From the NCBI RefSeq assembly GCF_009914755.1, contig NC_060928.1: DNA of 64,000 nt; one strand, 5' to 3'. Both the position numbers and the translations under genes were made by a program. Positions 1-13,699 of the stretch are shown in pieces (the first letter of the stretch is position 1; each line of letters begins with the position of its first letter). This DNA comes from the human T2T-CHM13v2.0 reference genome, Homo sapiens. The notes below the pieces were generated by a model that was given only the letters and a program-made list of their open reading frames with translations, was not told the DNA's origin and searched no databases.

Positions 1-418
1 CCCAGCCTCTCCTCCCCTGCCAACCCCGGGACATTTAGACCATTCGCCATCTCTTGTCAAGATGAACAGAGTAGCTTCCCATTTGGGCTGGCAAAAATAC
101 CTGGGGTGTGTTTTTTGCTCTGCCACAAACTACATGGGTCACCTAAGGTAATCACACTCTTCTGTCTTCAGTTTCCTAACCTCTAAAATAAAGAGACTGA
201 AAGACACTAATACTAAAGCACCTTTTAAATCTAAAAACCTATGAGTCAAAGTTTTGCATATTCTAAATAATTAATCCCAATATTCCTCAGGATCCCTGAA
301 CTCCTCCACAAAATTAAGCAGTGTTTTCAAAAGAAGTCAAAACAAAGCAGCAGAACAGCACTGGCATGAAAACAAGAACATAAAGTACATGTGACAAAGG
401 CCTTTTTTAAAACATCCT

Positions 419-708
419 AACCAGGCACAGGGGCTCGCACCTGCTATCCCAGCACTTTGGGAGGCCGAAGTGGGAGGACTGCTTGAAGCCTGGAGTTCAA
501 GACCAGCATGGGCAACAAAGTGAGACCCCGTATCTACAAAAATAAAAATAAAAAAAACACCTGTAGTCCCAGCTAACTCAGGATGCTGAGGCAGGAGGAT
601 CGCTTGAGCCCAGGAATTTGGAGGCTGCAGTGAGTGATGATCAAGCCACTGTACTCCAGCCTGGGCAACAGAGCAAGACCCTGTCTCTAAAAATAAAAAG
701 AAATAAAA
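419..708 (+). mobile_element. Alu (AluJ-like), missing about 20 nt at the start of the right monomer
   Basis: Dimeric Alu sequence with J-type ggaggatcgcttgagcccagg and an A-rich tail. Confidence 0.9.
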
Positions 709-1070
709 CAACTTGGGCCAGGGTCTTGGTGGATAAATACAGCTGGGAATACCTTAGAAGAGAATATGAAAAAAAATTCGGTACAGTGGACACTATATTC
801 TTTAGACAAAAGTTCCTGAGATCATAATCAGATAGAACAATCAAGTCAAAGATAACCTCATTTGGAAATTTATGAATAATCTATGACACAGAAAGATTTT
901 ATTAAAAGTTGTTCATCAAAACCAGAAAAGAAAGGTATTAAACACCTTCAAGGAAGAGAAGTTTGGCTACACAATCTGTAAGCATAAGCAACATCACAGG
1001 GTAAACACTGAACCTGAATAAGAGAGCACTGTTTAAAAAGCACTGCACACATCATGACTGTTGATGGTTG

Positions 1071-1528
1071 TGTGAGAAAACATTTTAAATGGTCCATTTT
1101 CAAGGCATGATAAATCTAAGTCCTGGCAGCCAGGCTGCAAATGTAACAAACCACATGGCTCATGCACCTAGAAAGTCACAATAAGCTAACAGAATGTAGA
1201 GGAGGGGTCAGCCCATTAAAGGGAAGAAAGTTTTCTTATTGGGAAATGAAAATTAAGCGGGGAAGGGAATGAGGTATAACCTTATAAGGGGGATAATGAA
1301 ACTTAGGTAATGTCCAGGAAGATTGTAGCCCCATAGTACTCGGCCAGTGAGGAATTGGGGGAGGGACTGGCGTGCTAGGAGATAAATTACCTGTTGTGAC
1401 TGTCCCAGGTGTGCCTGCCCACCAGATACCCGATCTCGCAAGACTGTTATTAAAAAGTCTCACTTTCACTGTTCTTCGTGCCTCTAAGTCCATTCTTGGG
1501 GTTTGGATGGGTGAGTGTGTTTCTCATA
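1071..1528 (+). mobile_element. Solo LTR, ERV1 class (family uncertain, possibly LTR15-like)
   Basis: Termini TGTGAGAAA...TTTCTCATA (inverted repeat, 1 mismatch), 4-bp TSD gttg (1067-1070, 1529-1532), ATTAAA near 1449. Confidence 0.8.
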
Positions 1529-2120
1529 GTTGCCATTCATTATGAAGAAATTTTATCTTCATTAGAGCAGGCCCAATGGGGTCTCCACTTATAATATTCA
1601 TTAAAAGTAATTCCAATTTTTCTTAATAATCAAAAATAGCAGTTTAGTGTTGCCACGAATTTAAATGAATGAGTTTACTAACGACAGCAATATTTCCTGA
1701 AGTGTGTTCCATGTGATTGTGTTTCCACCGAGGAAACGGTCCAGCCAAGCCTGGGAAACGCTTTCTTGCAGAGTCCTAGTGCATCTCAGCGTAGGAAAAC
1801 CTCTGAGAGGGCCCAGTGTACTTGGTTTAACTCAGTTTCCCAAGTGACTATAGAATCTTTTTTTTTTTCTCAAGGGAAAACCGTGGATTAATCACTGATA
1901 GGGAAGCCTCTTGGAAACATCCCATTTACGGGGTCTGAAACCCTCTGACAATATCCATTTTCCTTTCTTGTGGGAAATGGCTGAGATGAGCAGACTATAG
2001 GGCTCATTGGCGAAGTACACAAGGATCTCTGTGCCCCTACCCAGAAGATAAGCCTCCATCAACCACGAGGCAAGAGGGGAGTCCCTGTTCCAAGTTCCCT
2101 GTGTTCAGAAATTATGTTTT

Positions 2121-2568
<448 letters not shown>

Positions 2569-3643
2569 TCACCTTTGAGACAGTAGCCTGGCAGGCCCAC
2601 AGAGACAAGATGAAAGGGAGCATTCGGTCATTGGCCTCAGTCGCCAAGGGCAGAAATGCCAGTTCTAAGGCCCAGTGCACACACCTGCGTACGTCCTCCT
2701 TTGCACAGCAGGCAGGAGCAAAGCAGGCCAACCTGGGTGCTCCTGGGGCTGAACTAGATTGGAAAGACAAAGCTCATGAAACCCCTTGCCCCAGCCTCCA
2801 TCTCCAGGGGCCGTGACATTTACCTCACTGATCAAAGGGAACAAAACTCAACTATGGCCAAGAAAGAGGAGGCAGCCCTCACTTTGCCAGGCAATAAAGC
2901 AAATGGGCCCCAAGAAACACCGTAATAAAGACAGACATGGCTCTCAACAAGACAAAGCCTTCAGCATAGTTGTGCGACAACCAAAACCCCACAGAAGACT
3001 GGTATCAGATGTGACTCAACTCCTTGTGCTGTTCATAGTAAGAGGTCTCTCCAACTCAACCCTGGGGGGCTCAGTGGGGGTGTCATAGCCAATCACCTCC
3101 TCATGCAAAGTAAACTCATTCCCGAAGGAATTTCTTCCAAGTAAATCAAAACCACTTGAAAGCCTTAAGAAAATGTCACATCCAAAATACTTTGATAATT
3201 TCTGAAATTACGTGGCTCAGGGAAGCACTCTGGATTTGCAGAAAGATTTTGCGCCCTTCATGTCTGGTATAATACACACTTCTCTTATTCATTTTAACCA
3301 CATCAAGAAATCCCTGAAGAGATTCCACTTTCTCAGCAAGGAAAGTTACAAAAGAGAATGTGAAATGGGCTTCTTTTTCGCAAGCAAAAATGTTTTATTC
3401 ATGCAAAGTGAAAAGCCCTTTCCTTTGCAACATTACAAATTGAATTTGCTCTTGTAAATTGCTGTTAAGGAAAAAAAAAGGAATCAAAAGCAAAGGAAAG
3501 TAAAAAAAGCAGGAGTACAAAGACCCCTTCTTCTGGGGAATGGAAACTCAGGGGACCAATGGGGAGAAACAGAACCTTTCACTGGCAAACACACTTTTAA
3601 AATTTACCGTTTCCATGCCAATCCAGCTGAAGGCAGCCACAAC

Positions 3644-3722
3644 CCCATGATCTTGCTGAGGTCCTGCTAGCTATGTGGAACCCTCCCATGATCTCGCTGA
3701 GGTCCTGCTAGCTATGTGGAAC
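3644..3722. repeat. 41-bp tandem duplication (about 2 copies)
   Basis: cccatgatctYgctgaggtcctgctagctatgtggaac at 3644 and 3685, one mismatch. Confidence 0.95.
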
Positions 3723-4357
3723 ACTGAGCGTATTTCGAAATTACACTCATCTGCTGACACTGAGTGAGAATAAGAAGTGATTTAAAAACATGAGTAATAC
3801 AGCCCACGTTTCAAAAACATAACCAAGGCAATGTAACCTAATTCACACTGATTTCATCAGGGAGTAGGAAGCTCTTCCTGCTTTGTAGGACAACTGAACT
3901 CATTAGGGTCTGGAACAGCCGCTCATCCTCTAGATCACGTGATCAAGCGTACTTCAAGTCTCCCTGCGGTCTGACTCCTCTCCGACCTCCACTGTCTTTA
4001 AAAGGAAGCCATGTCATTAGCTGCATCTGCTAGCGTGTGTTTAAAAATCAAGGGCTAACATTCATTAAGCATCTGTCATGTCCCTATCACTGAACCGATT
4101 ACTGTATACACATGCACATGCACATATACGTATGTGTTGTGGTCCTTATTATGATCCTCACTTCACAGATGAGAGAACTGAGGCTCAGAGAACTTGAATA
4201 ATTTTGTCAACTGGAGTTTGAATCATTTGTTTCCTTCCAGACATGTAGCATGTGGCCTCACTTTAAAGAGTTAGGGTAAGCTGAAAACCTCATCAATACA
4301 ATCCACTGACAATCTGACCTTAGGAAAACCCAAGCTCATCCACTCGTACACGCATGG

Positions 4358-4804
4358 AATGTAACAAGCTCCACACTTTGGCTCCTGCCTCGCACACGTA
4401 TGTAATGTAACAAGCTCCACACTTTGGCTCCTGCCTCGCACAAGTATGTAATGTCACAAGCTCCACACTTTGGCCCCTGTCTCGCACACGTATGTAGTGT
4501 CACAAGCTCCACACTTTGGCTCCTGCCTCGCACACGTATGTAATGTAACAAGCTCCACACTTTGGCTCCTGCCTCGCACACGTATGTAATGTAACAAGCT
4601 CCACACTTTGGCTCCTGCCTCGCACATGTATGTAATGTCACAAGCTCCACACTTTGGCTCCTGCCTCACACACATATGTAGTGTCACAAGCTCCACACTT
4701 TGGCCCCTGCCTCGCACACGTATGTAGTGTCACAAGCTCCACACTTTCGCTCCTGCGTCGCACACGTATGTAATGTCACAAGCTCTGCACTTTGGCTCCT
4801 GCCT
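4358..4804. repeat. 46-bp minisatellite, about 9.7 copies
   Basis: caagctc recurs at 4365, 4411, 4457, 4503, 4549, 4595, 4641, 4687, 4733, 4779. Unit atgtaatgt(a/c)acaagctccacactttggctcctgcctcgcacacgt. Confidence 0.98.
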
Positions 4805-6287
4805 TAAAAACAAACTTGGAGGACAGAAACCAGGAAAAGCTCAAGCATCTTACACCCAGGACCTTCCACCAAAGTTAAATGTTTTTAATGACGACCAAAT
4901 ATCACCAGAGAGCTTCCTCGTAAAATTAACCAATTCATGCATCTTTCCAGGGCTACAGCTCTGGCAAGCAAGGGAATGACAGGTGTGCGCACATAATCCA
5001 TCCACCCATTCCCCCAAAGCATCTGGCCCAGCTGTCATCATTCATCACTCTGGTACGAAAGCTCAAAGATGCAACTGTGCTCCCAGGAAGGCTTATCCAA
5101 TTGGCAGTGAGAAGAAAGACACTTCAGCTCTCTCCTTTGCAGACCATTTCTCATGTCTGGTTCTAGCATAAATGCTTACTCTTTCACTGATGAATACTTG
5201 GCCATAATCCTTCCTTTCTGGTTTAGGTCTTGGAACTGAATCAAATGCGCTAATGCCCAGCGTTGGTTGACAAAGGCTGTGATAAGCCAAGGTAGACAAC
5301 AACCCCATTAGAGAGGACCACATGACTCAATAAAAAAGCAGAATGTTCAGAAATGGAACCATAAGCTCAGGAGAGCCGCCTCTCTGTTGTCGGGGATTTT
5401 TATCCTCTTTTGCAATGCTCTTGTCCATTTTCAACAAAGCAATAACAAGCTATCATCCTATAGCTCGTCCCTAAATGCTAGGAGATGCTCTAGTACCTTA
5501 GGAATTGCCAAAGACTGACTATAATTTAAGAATTAACTGCATTTAATGTAGACCAATTACTTAACAATGGTCTCTGAACATAAAGTCTGTGATAACTGCT
5601 ATTTTATTAGTTAAAATACACACTTGAAAATCGGAACTCGTTTCCAATCATCCTGGAGAACATAAAATTCATAACACATCTAAGATGCATTTCTTATAAA
5701 TAACACATTTTCAGTAGAATTTCAGAAAAATACACATCAAATGGAATTTTGATATGACCAGACCTTTCAAGTGTTAAAAAAGTTTAGCCAATCCCAAAAC
5801 CCAGAAATTCCTGATAATCATGATTTAATGACCTGAGGCTTGTGATGAAAGGCTGTACAACGTCCCCCTCAAGTAAGCCCTTGATGAAGAGAACAGCAGC
5901 AGGAGGGCCTCTGAAATGGCTGAGACTTCACTGAATGAAATGGAATTCATTTTAAAAAGACTGCAGAGAGGAGGGGAAAAAGGGGTTCAGATGGCCTGGG
6001 TTGGAAACTTGGTTGCATGAGGAGGGTCAGGAGAAGACACATGCAGAACTAGAAGGCAGGATCAGGATCAGAGTTGACAAAAGATTTGAGATACAGAAAC
6101 CAGGAAGGGAAGCAGTTTGAAGTCTTTAAGAGGCAGGGAACTAGAGACAAGCTTTCATTTTTCACATTTCTATATAGAAGCTACATGAGTTTCGTATTCC
6201 GTGAAATGCTGCGAGCCCATGCTTTGGTGTTCAGCTAGACCAGGGACACGGGTGAGGTGACCCAGACTGCCCCACCCAGGGACTCAC

Positions 6288-6415
6288 CGGCCATTGTCGC
6301 GGCCCACGCCCCACACGCGGATGCTGACGATGGGCTGCGAGTGCAGCACGCTGCGGTCCATGGGGTCCACCAGGCTGAGCATGTCATTCTCCAGGATCAG
6401 GTACATGTCTTTCCC
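6288..6415 (-). CDS. APBB2: APBB2 coding exon (128 nt), PTB1: GKDMYLILENDMLSLVDPMDRSVLHSQPIVSIRVWGVGRDNG(R)
   Basis: ttgtgtcccag|GGG...GGCCG|gtgagt. PTB motif QPIVSIRVWGVGRD; phase 0/2. Absent from the ORF track in this frame and read manually. Confidence 0.97.
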
Positions 6416-7875
6416 CTGGGACACAACGAGAAAACACGCTGTCTTCTTCATGCAGGCTGGAAAGCCTAATCGTGTGTGTGGCCATCTAGGAATGCCGTGT
6501 CAACCATCAGAAGAAGCCACCCTGGGGTCTGTAATTTGTCTGCCTAAGAAACTTCCTTTCTGGACAAGAATATTGATATCTTTCAGTTTCCCCTCATACA
6601 CCCAATTTCTCTCTCCCTCTCCGAGTCCTCTGAAATGTGTCCCCATCCTGCTTTCCAGGCTGCTCTTAAATTTAATTATTTACACTTCTGAATCTTTACG
6701 ACAAAAGGCTAATTGTGGTTTCCCTGGAGAATACGTCTTTTACTAATTCCATGCCCATCAAACTCTTGGAACCTGTCTCTCCCCATTCTTCTGGCCAGAT
6801 CCTACCAAGCATCCCCTCGATGGCCTTTCCAAACCCACAACGATATCTGCTTCCTCTCGGCTTTTACACCACTTCCTAGCTGTGTGGTCTGCCTGGCAGA
6901 CAGCAGGCACAGCTTTGTGACATTTCTCAGCACTAACAATGGCAAACATTTAAATGACAACATTAGGCTACGTGCTTAAGGTGCACTGGCTCATGAACTC
7001 TCTAAATTGCCCTCTGAGGGCTTGGATTGTTACTATCCCAGTTAGCAGCTGGGGAAACTGAGGCTGAAAGGTTAAGTAACTTGCTCAGGGTCTGACATAG
7101 AACCTGTGGGTGCTGCTGGGATCCCAGCACAGGGGAACACCCAGGTTTCTCAACTCCTGCACTATCTTTCAGAGTCTTACACTCTGGTGTCCCATCTCCC
7201 CACCTGTGTTGGCTCTTTGTGGGCAGAAGCACTAGACTATTCAACTTGATTCCCCCTGCAATCTCCCCGGCATAATTTTAGGACATCATTAAACATCTGT
7301 TGCACAGCTGAAAGACTCTCTCTCCTAAAGGTCATCTAGATGCTGGAGCACTGATGATGGAAGTTCTGGCTCAGCAGAACAGTGAGGCTTCTCGGTAGGT
7401 CTTCAAATCTCAAAGTAAAACAGACAAATTGCTTTCTGGTATAGTTTTGGGGAATGATGTTTTAGTTTCCTACCAAACATTCTCAGAGTGAAATACAGCT
7501 CTGATGCTCAGGGAGGCAGAAATAGGTATCTCAGTGCCTCTGTCAGACAGCGTTGAAGCTGTGGCCTGTCTACAGCTGAGATCCAGCCTGGTCTCAAATC
7601 TTCCCCAAAGAGCAGCTAAGCCATTTACAGATGAAAGCACTGGCAGAAAACAGAACTTGTGCACTGTTGTGGTGAAACAGATTCACCAGCTACTCAGAAG
7701 GCTGAGCATGCTGCCTTAGACCTATGGCTCCTCCAAAGGTCAGTCATTCACATATTAGTGTAAGTCACAACCACCTACCTTCTAAATCCTAGCCAAGAAA
7801 GAACAGCAGTTTTGACTGAAGGAGAGAGAAGACAGGTGGAGAATTTGGTGGGAAACATAGGCCTGGGTTTTGTTC

Positions 7876-8174
7876 TTTTTTTTTTTTTTTTTTGAGATAG
7901 AGTCTCACTTTGTCACCCAGGCTGGAGTGCAATGGCACGATAGCTCACTGCAACCTCTCCGCCTCCCAGGTTCAAGTGATTCTCCTACCTCAGCCTCTCG
8001 AGTAGCTGGGACTACAGGTGCGTGCCATCATACCCAGCTAATTTTTGTATTTTTAGTAGAGACAGGGTTTCACCATGTTGGCCAGGCTGGTCTCAAACTC
8101 CTGAGCTCAGGTGATCCACCTGCCTCGGCCTCCCAAAGTGCTGGGATTACAGGCATAAGCCACTATGCTCAGCC
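7876..8174 (-). mobile_element. Alu (AluS-like)
   Basis: Poly-T followed by reverse-complement Alu dimer. Confidence 0.93.
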
Positions 8175-9189
8175 AGGCTTGGGTATTTGGATGGGAGATA
8201 ATGCGGTGAGAGAGGACGGTAAAGTCAAACAACAGAAGAGGGTAAATGGCTTTTCTTGGATGGAAGAAAATTCTTCCAGCTCTCCCTTATGCCTAGAATC
8301 TAAAAGTCAGCTTGGCAATGCAGTGATTCAGCTCCACTTTAAGGAGACAAACTCCACCATGGAAAGGCTTGGAAACCTACTTCCCATTGGGATGTGCTGC
8401 TAGGAGAAAATGTGAGTGGAGTCCCAATCAGCCCAACCAAAAAGCAAACTTTTCTACCACTGCTCTGTTCACTAGAAGCAGAGAGAACAACATCTATCTA
8501 TTCATGTAGCAAACACTATTCCAAGATGCTCCCAAAATGCTTTTTCCACAGGTCTCAGAGCACACCAGGAATACAGCTTTTCCGGTTTGATGTGAGTTTC
8601 ATACACATTTGGTATCTGTACTTATTTTTTCCTTTCTGAAATTATCTCAACTAACATTTCAAAATGGAATCACTCTGTTAAAAGGGAGAAGTATATAAAT
8701 ATCAATTCCACAATTCATGTATAATGTTGATTCTTCAGACGCTAAGTAAAGAAGAGTGTTATAAAAGAATAATTTGTCAACTTTTAAAGCAGAGGCATCA
8801 ACATTTTTGTGTGGACGTGTGGAAGTCACCTTCCCCTTTGAGAATACAGGTCCTTCTTCCAGTCTGCAAAACTGCTCTTATACACTGGCACATCCCATTT
8901 TGCAGGCATGTTTAGGGGAGTTCTGGGCCCCTAAAGCTCACCCATGAATCTGTGTCACTTAGCTACTGAGAAACGCTCTCTCTCCAGGCCCCAGTCCTCA
9001 CTGGCATCTGGCAGTGCTAAGGGATCAGTCACACGGGGGTACCATGCCTACACTTCCTGCATTAATGGGAAAAGGCACCTGATGAACACCTCGGAGCCCC
9101 TCAGTACCATGTGTCACTGAGCTGTGGGGCTTCCTGAAATGCAGGAGAACGTAAACAGCCTGCCGTGCATCATTCTACATGCCACTTAC

Positions 9190-9336
9190 CTCTCCCCAAA
9201 TCCCGACTGTGTCTCGGATGTCATTTTTGCAGTAGGAAAGTTGCCTGATGCAGTTGTTGACCGCAACACTACTTTTACCGGGGGCGAGGTCCTCTTCTGC
9301 CATCTCTACCCATCCCAGAGAACGCACAGCAAAACA
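9190..9336 (-). CDS. APBB2: APBB2 coding exon (147 nt), start of PTB1: [49 protein letters not shown]
   Basis: ctgtcttccag|TGT...GAG|gtaagt. FE65 PTB1 motif [10 protein letters not shown]; phase 0/0. Confidence 0.97.
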
Positions 9337-9601
9337 CTGGAAGACAGTGAAAGAGGACAAGAAGTCACTCCATGGTTTGGTCAATCATATCAGTTTACAC
9401 TACTCCCCTCCCGCAACTAAAAGGTACTACACTTAATGCACCTTTATTTGCTTCATTATGTTCAATCATCTAATTGAGTTAACAAATCCTCTATTGCTGG
9501 AAATTAAATTGTAACTATTTTTTGCTATTTAAAAAAATGTAGTGACAAATATCTTTTTGCCTGATGTGTTCAGATTTCTTCCTTAGAATAGGTTACTAGA
9601 A

Positions 9602-9913
9602 GGCCAGGTGCGGTGGCTTACACCTGTGATCCTAGCACCTGTAATCCCAGCACTTTGGGAGGCTGAGGTGGGTGGATCACCTGAGGTCAGGGGCTTGAGA
9701 CCAGCCTGGCCAACATGGCGAAACCCCGTCTCTACTAAAAATACAAAAATTAGCCAGGCACGGTGGTGGGTGCCTGCAACTCCAGCTACTCAGAAGGCTG
9801 AGCCAGGACAATCGCTTGAACCCAGGAGGCGGAGGTTGCAGTGAACCAAGTTGGCACCATTGCACTCCAGCCTGGGAGACACAGCGAGACTCCATCTCAA
9901 CAACAACAAAAAA
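9602..9913 (+). mobile_element. Alu (AluSx-like) with a 15-nt duplication in the head
   Basis: Alu dimer; cacctgtgatcctag-cacctgtaatcccag. Confidence 0.92.
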
Positions 9914-9928
9914 AGAATAGATTATGAG

Positions 9929-10224
9929 GGCCGGGCGCGGTGGCTCATGCCTGTAATCCCAGCACTTTGGGAGGCCGAGGTAGGCAGATCACGAGGTCAG
10001 GAGATCGAGACCATCCCGGCTAACACGGCGAAGCACCGTCTCTACTAAAAATGCAAAAAATTAGCCAGGCGTGGTGGTGGGCGCCTCTAGTCCCGGCTAC
10101 TCAGGAGGCTGAAGCAGAAGAATGGCGTGAACCCGGAAGGCAGAGCTTGCAGTGAGCCGAGATCGCGCCACTGCACTCCAGCCTGGGTGACACAGAACGA
10201 GACTCCGTCTCAAAAAAAAAAAAA
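9929..10224 (+). mobile_element. Alu (AluY-like)
   Basis: gatcacgaggtcaggagatcgagaccatcc and gaatggcgtgaacc diagnostics; CpG-rich. Confidence 0.93.
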
Positions 10225-11966
10225 GAATAGATTACCAGAAATATAAGTATACGGCTAATGGATACAAAAATTTCTAAGCTCCTGATACTTCTTATAAGGC
10301 AGTTTTTTAAATAGTGAGAAATGCAACCCTGTGAAATCTGTTATTTGGTAAGCACCTAGAAACAGTGGAGACAGAATGAATTAACTGCATGTTAGGCACT
10401 TGTTTCTAATAACAGAGAAGCAAGGTGTTTTCTCTAATACCCAGAAAGGCAGCAAAACAAGGAAAAAAAGTATCCACTCATGATAACAAATAAGTGCCAG
10501 GTCCTATAGCGTTTGTGACGAGGGAATCTTTAAATGCTGAAGTGCTTGCAGAATTGACAGATTTGTGCTTTTAAAACCATTTATTCTTGTATCACTTAGA
10601 GATATTTTGTTTGAGATCATACTTCTTTTTTAAGGTTCTGTAATTCAATTTTTCCCTTTAATTAAAAAAGTTCTATATGCTGTTTATTATAACAAGTAAA
10701 AAATCCAAAGACGTATGGAGAAAAAACTTCCCAGTGCAGGTAAGGGTGACTTGGCTACAGCATTTGCCTTGCTGGTGATCACCAGGGTTGCCGCATGCCT
10801 GAGCTGGGTCCCTCATCTCTCTCTGCATCCCTGGTCCCATGCAAGCTGTCCAGCAGTTGCAGAGGCCACCTTCCCCAGATAGGAAAGGCAGACATGGAGC
10901 CATCCTTCCTTGGGAGCCAACAGACTGGATCTCAAAGAACAGCTTGTAAAGTTTCCAAATGTGAGCTTCATAACCAAATGAATGAATACAGCAAAGTGTC
11001 CTGAAGTGATCATATTCGGTCAAGGGCCACCTTCCCTCTTCCAGTCACCGTGCACAGACTGGGCACCTCGTTCCTGAGCGGATGATCACACTTTGTCAAA
11101 GGGGAAAAAAAAAACTCACCAAAATATCAAAGACAAAACAGCCCGTTTAAGCAAACAGTGCGCTGATCCTCACGTCCCAGAGGAGAAGTGTGACCACCTC
11201 AGCAGCCACTCTGCTGATGGTGCACAAGGTGCCTTTCACAAAGAAACCAAAAAGAGAAGGCAGTCCCCGTGACAATCACAGAAGCTACTCAGGAGTCTGA
11301 ATCTTGGGGAAAGGTTCTGCACATGTATACACACTGCAGGGAACCAGCCCGATGGTGAAGAGGAGGTCCCGGGTGCCAGAGCTGGCTGTGGCCAATTCAG
11401 AGCTAGCCAGGTCTTGCCTGGCCTGCCTGCCCCTCCGCAGCTCTGCTCCCTCAGTCTCAGACCAAAGTGTGTTTCTCCAGGTGGATGTGTTGGATATTCC
11501 ACAGAAGCACTCCACCAAACGTGCTGCTTTATGAAAACGCACAATTGTGCCAGTCTGATCCCTAAGTGCCCAGGCCCTGCTCTCCAGAAAGTGCTGTGCA
11601 GCCCACTAACCTCTCTCCCATGTCGGTTCCCAACCCAGGCCCTAGTCAGTAAAATCACAGTGTCCCAGCTGACTCCCCTGGCCTGCCATTCCAACCTTGT
11701 CTCCTACCACCTCTATTCAAATGTCAAAAGTATTATCTCAGTCAGTCCTCACCCCAACCCTTTGAGGTTGATACTAAGTTACTGTACCCATGGTATACAT
11801 GAGGAAACTGGGTTCAGCACAAAGCTGGTGAGTGGTAGATCCAGGATTCAAACCTGGGCAGTTTGGCTTCTGGGCTCCTACACTTAACCACTTTGCTATA
11901 TGCCTCTGAGATTTTTGTTGGGGGACAATGTCAGATGGTGTTAGGATGATAAACAAGGCTGGATAA

Positions 11967-12283
<317 letters not shown>

Positions 12284-12587
12284 ACTCAATACAGTTCTGA
12301 GCGTATGTGGATCAAGAGTAGGAACAGCCTGCATTCTAATCTCAGCTCTCTGATGTACTGTGGGACCTTGGACAAGTCATTTACTAAGTCCCAATTTTGC
12401 TCGTTTGTAAAAATGGGAGCAATAATAATAATTACTTCAGAGGGTTTTCATGAGGAGAAAATAATATAAGTAGTGAACTGAGAAAATAAAAAACACTTGA
12501 ACATTTGTTGAATGAATGAGCAAATAAATACAGTGTCATGTAACTCTTAACTGAATAATCAAGAAGGAAAAATGAGAGATTTGTATT

Positions 12588-12720
12588 AGGGTGACCACAT
12601 GTCCCAATTTTCCCCTCAATAGTTCTGGGGTATCCCTGTCATTCTGGCAAAATTATTCAGAGCAGCTCCTTTTACTCTCAAAAAGTGTCCTGGGTTAGAC
12701 AATAAATCATATGATCACCT
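12588..12720 (-). mobile_element. hAT DNA transposon fossil (MER94-like)
   Basis: TIR-like ends agggtgacca...tgatcacct, about 134 bp, internal actctcaaaaagtgtcc resembles the MER94 consensus as recalled. Confidence 0.7.
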
Positions 12721-13140
12721 CAGTCAAAATTCTGGTGAATTCGGCTTCTGGCATGGAAACTGGGGCTTGGACAGGGTACTGTGGAAATGGGGTTCAAGAC
12801 CCACAGAAGCTGCCACCAGGAGAGCATCTTAGTGACCCTGGCTGGAGTGAGCCCTAAGACAGCAATGTTACTGTGAGATAATACTCTTCAAACCAGAAGT
12901 CAGAAATGCGTTTTCCCACTGTCTCCAGCTGTCTACTATAAAATCCTACAACCTAGGACTGCTCAAAAGAATTCAGTAACAACAAAGAAGGTAAAAAAGA
13001 ATACTGGCTGTTTTCTCTCCTTGGAATCCAAGATGACAAATATTTTGATCTAACAGCTCACTGAACACCCAGAGTATCATTCTTAGCTAAAATATGCAAA
13101 TCACCCGACCTCACCCCAGCACATTAATAATACTGTTTTT

Positions 13141-13455
<315 letters not shown>

Positions 13456-13699
13456 TTGTTTTGTCATACTGATGAATATAAGCCTGACATATTACTATAG
13501 TGAGTTTATTTAAAATCATTTTTCTTGGGTAACCCTGCTCTTGTTTTAATTTAGTTTCTCATCTGAAGAGTTTCACCCCATTCCATGTGGCTTAAGTGAG
13601 AGGAAACAGGTGTAAGCGGGACTAGGCAGCTCCGCCCGAGGGGCCAGCTTGGCTTCTTCCCAAAGAAGGGAGCAGAAACGAGCAACCTGCAATGTTTGG

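Noticed and set aside
4336-4717. Repetitive ORFs and a CRISPR-like look in the 46-bp array
   Set aside because: Head-to-tail minisatellite with no unique spacers; the peptide periodicity follows from the 46-nt unit cycling through frames; eukaryotic intron.
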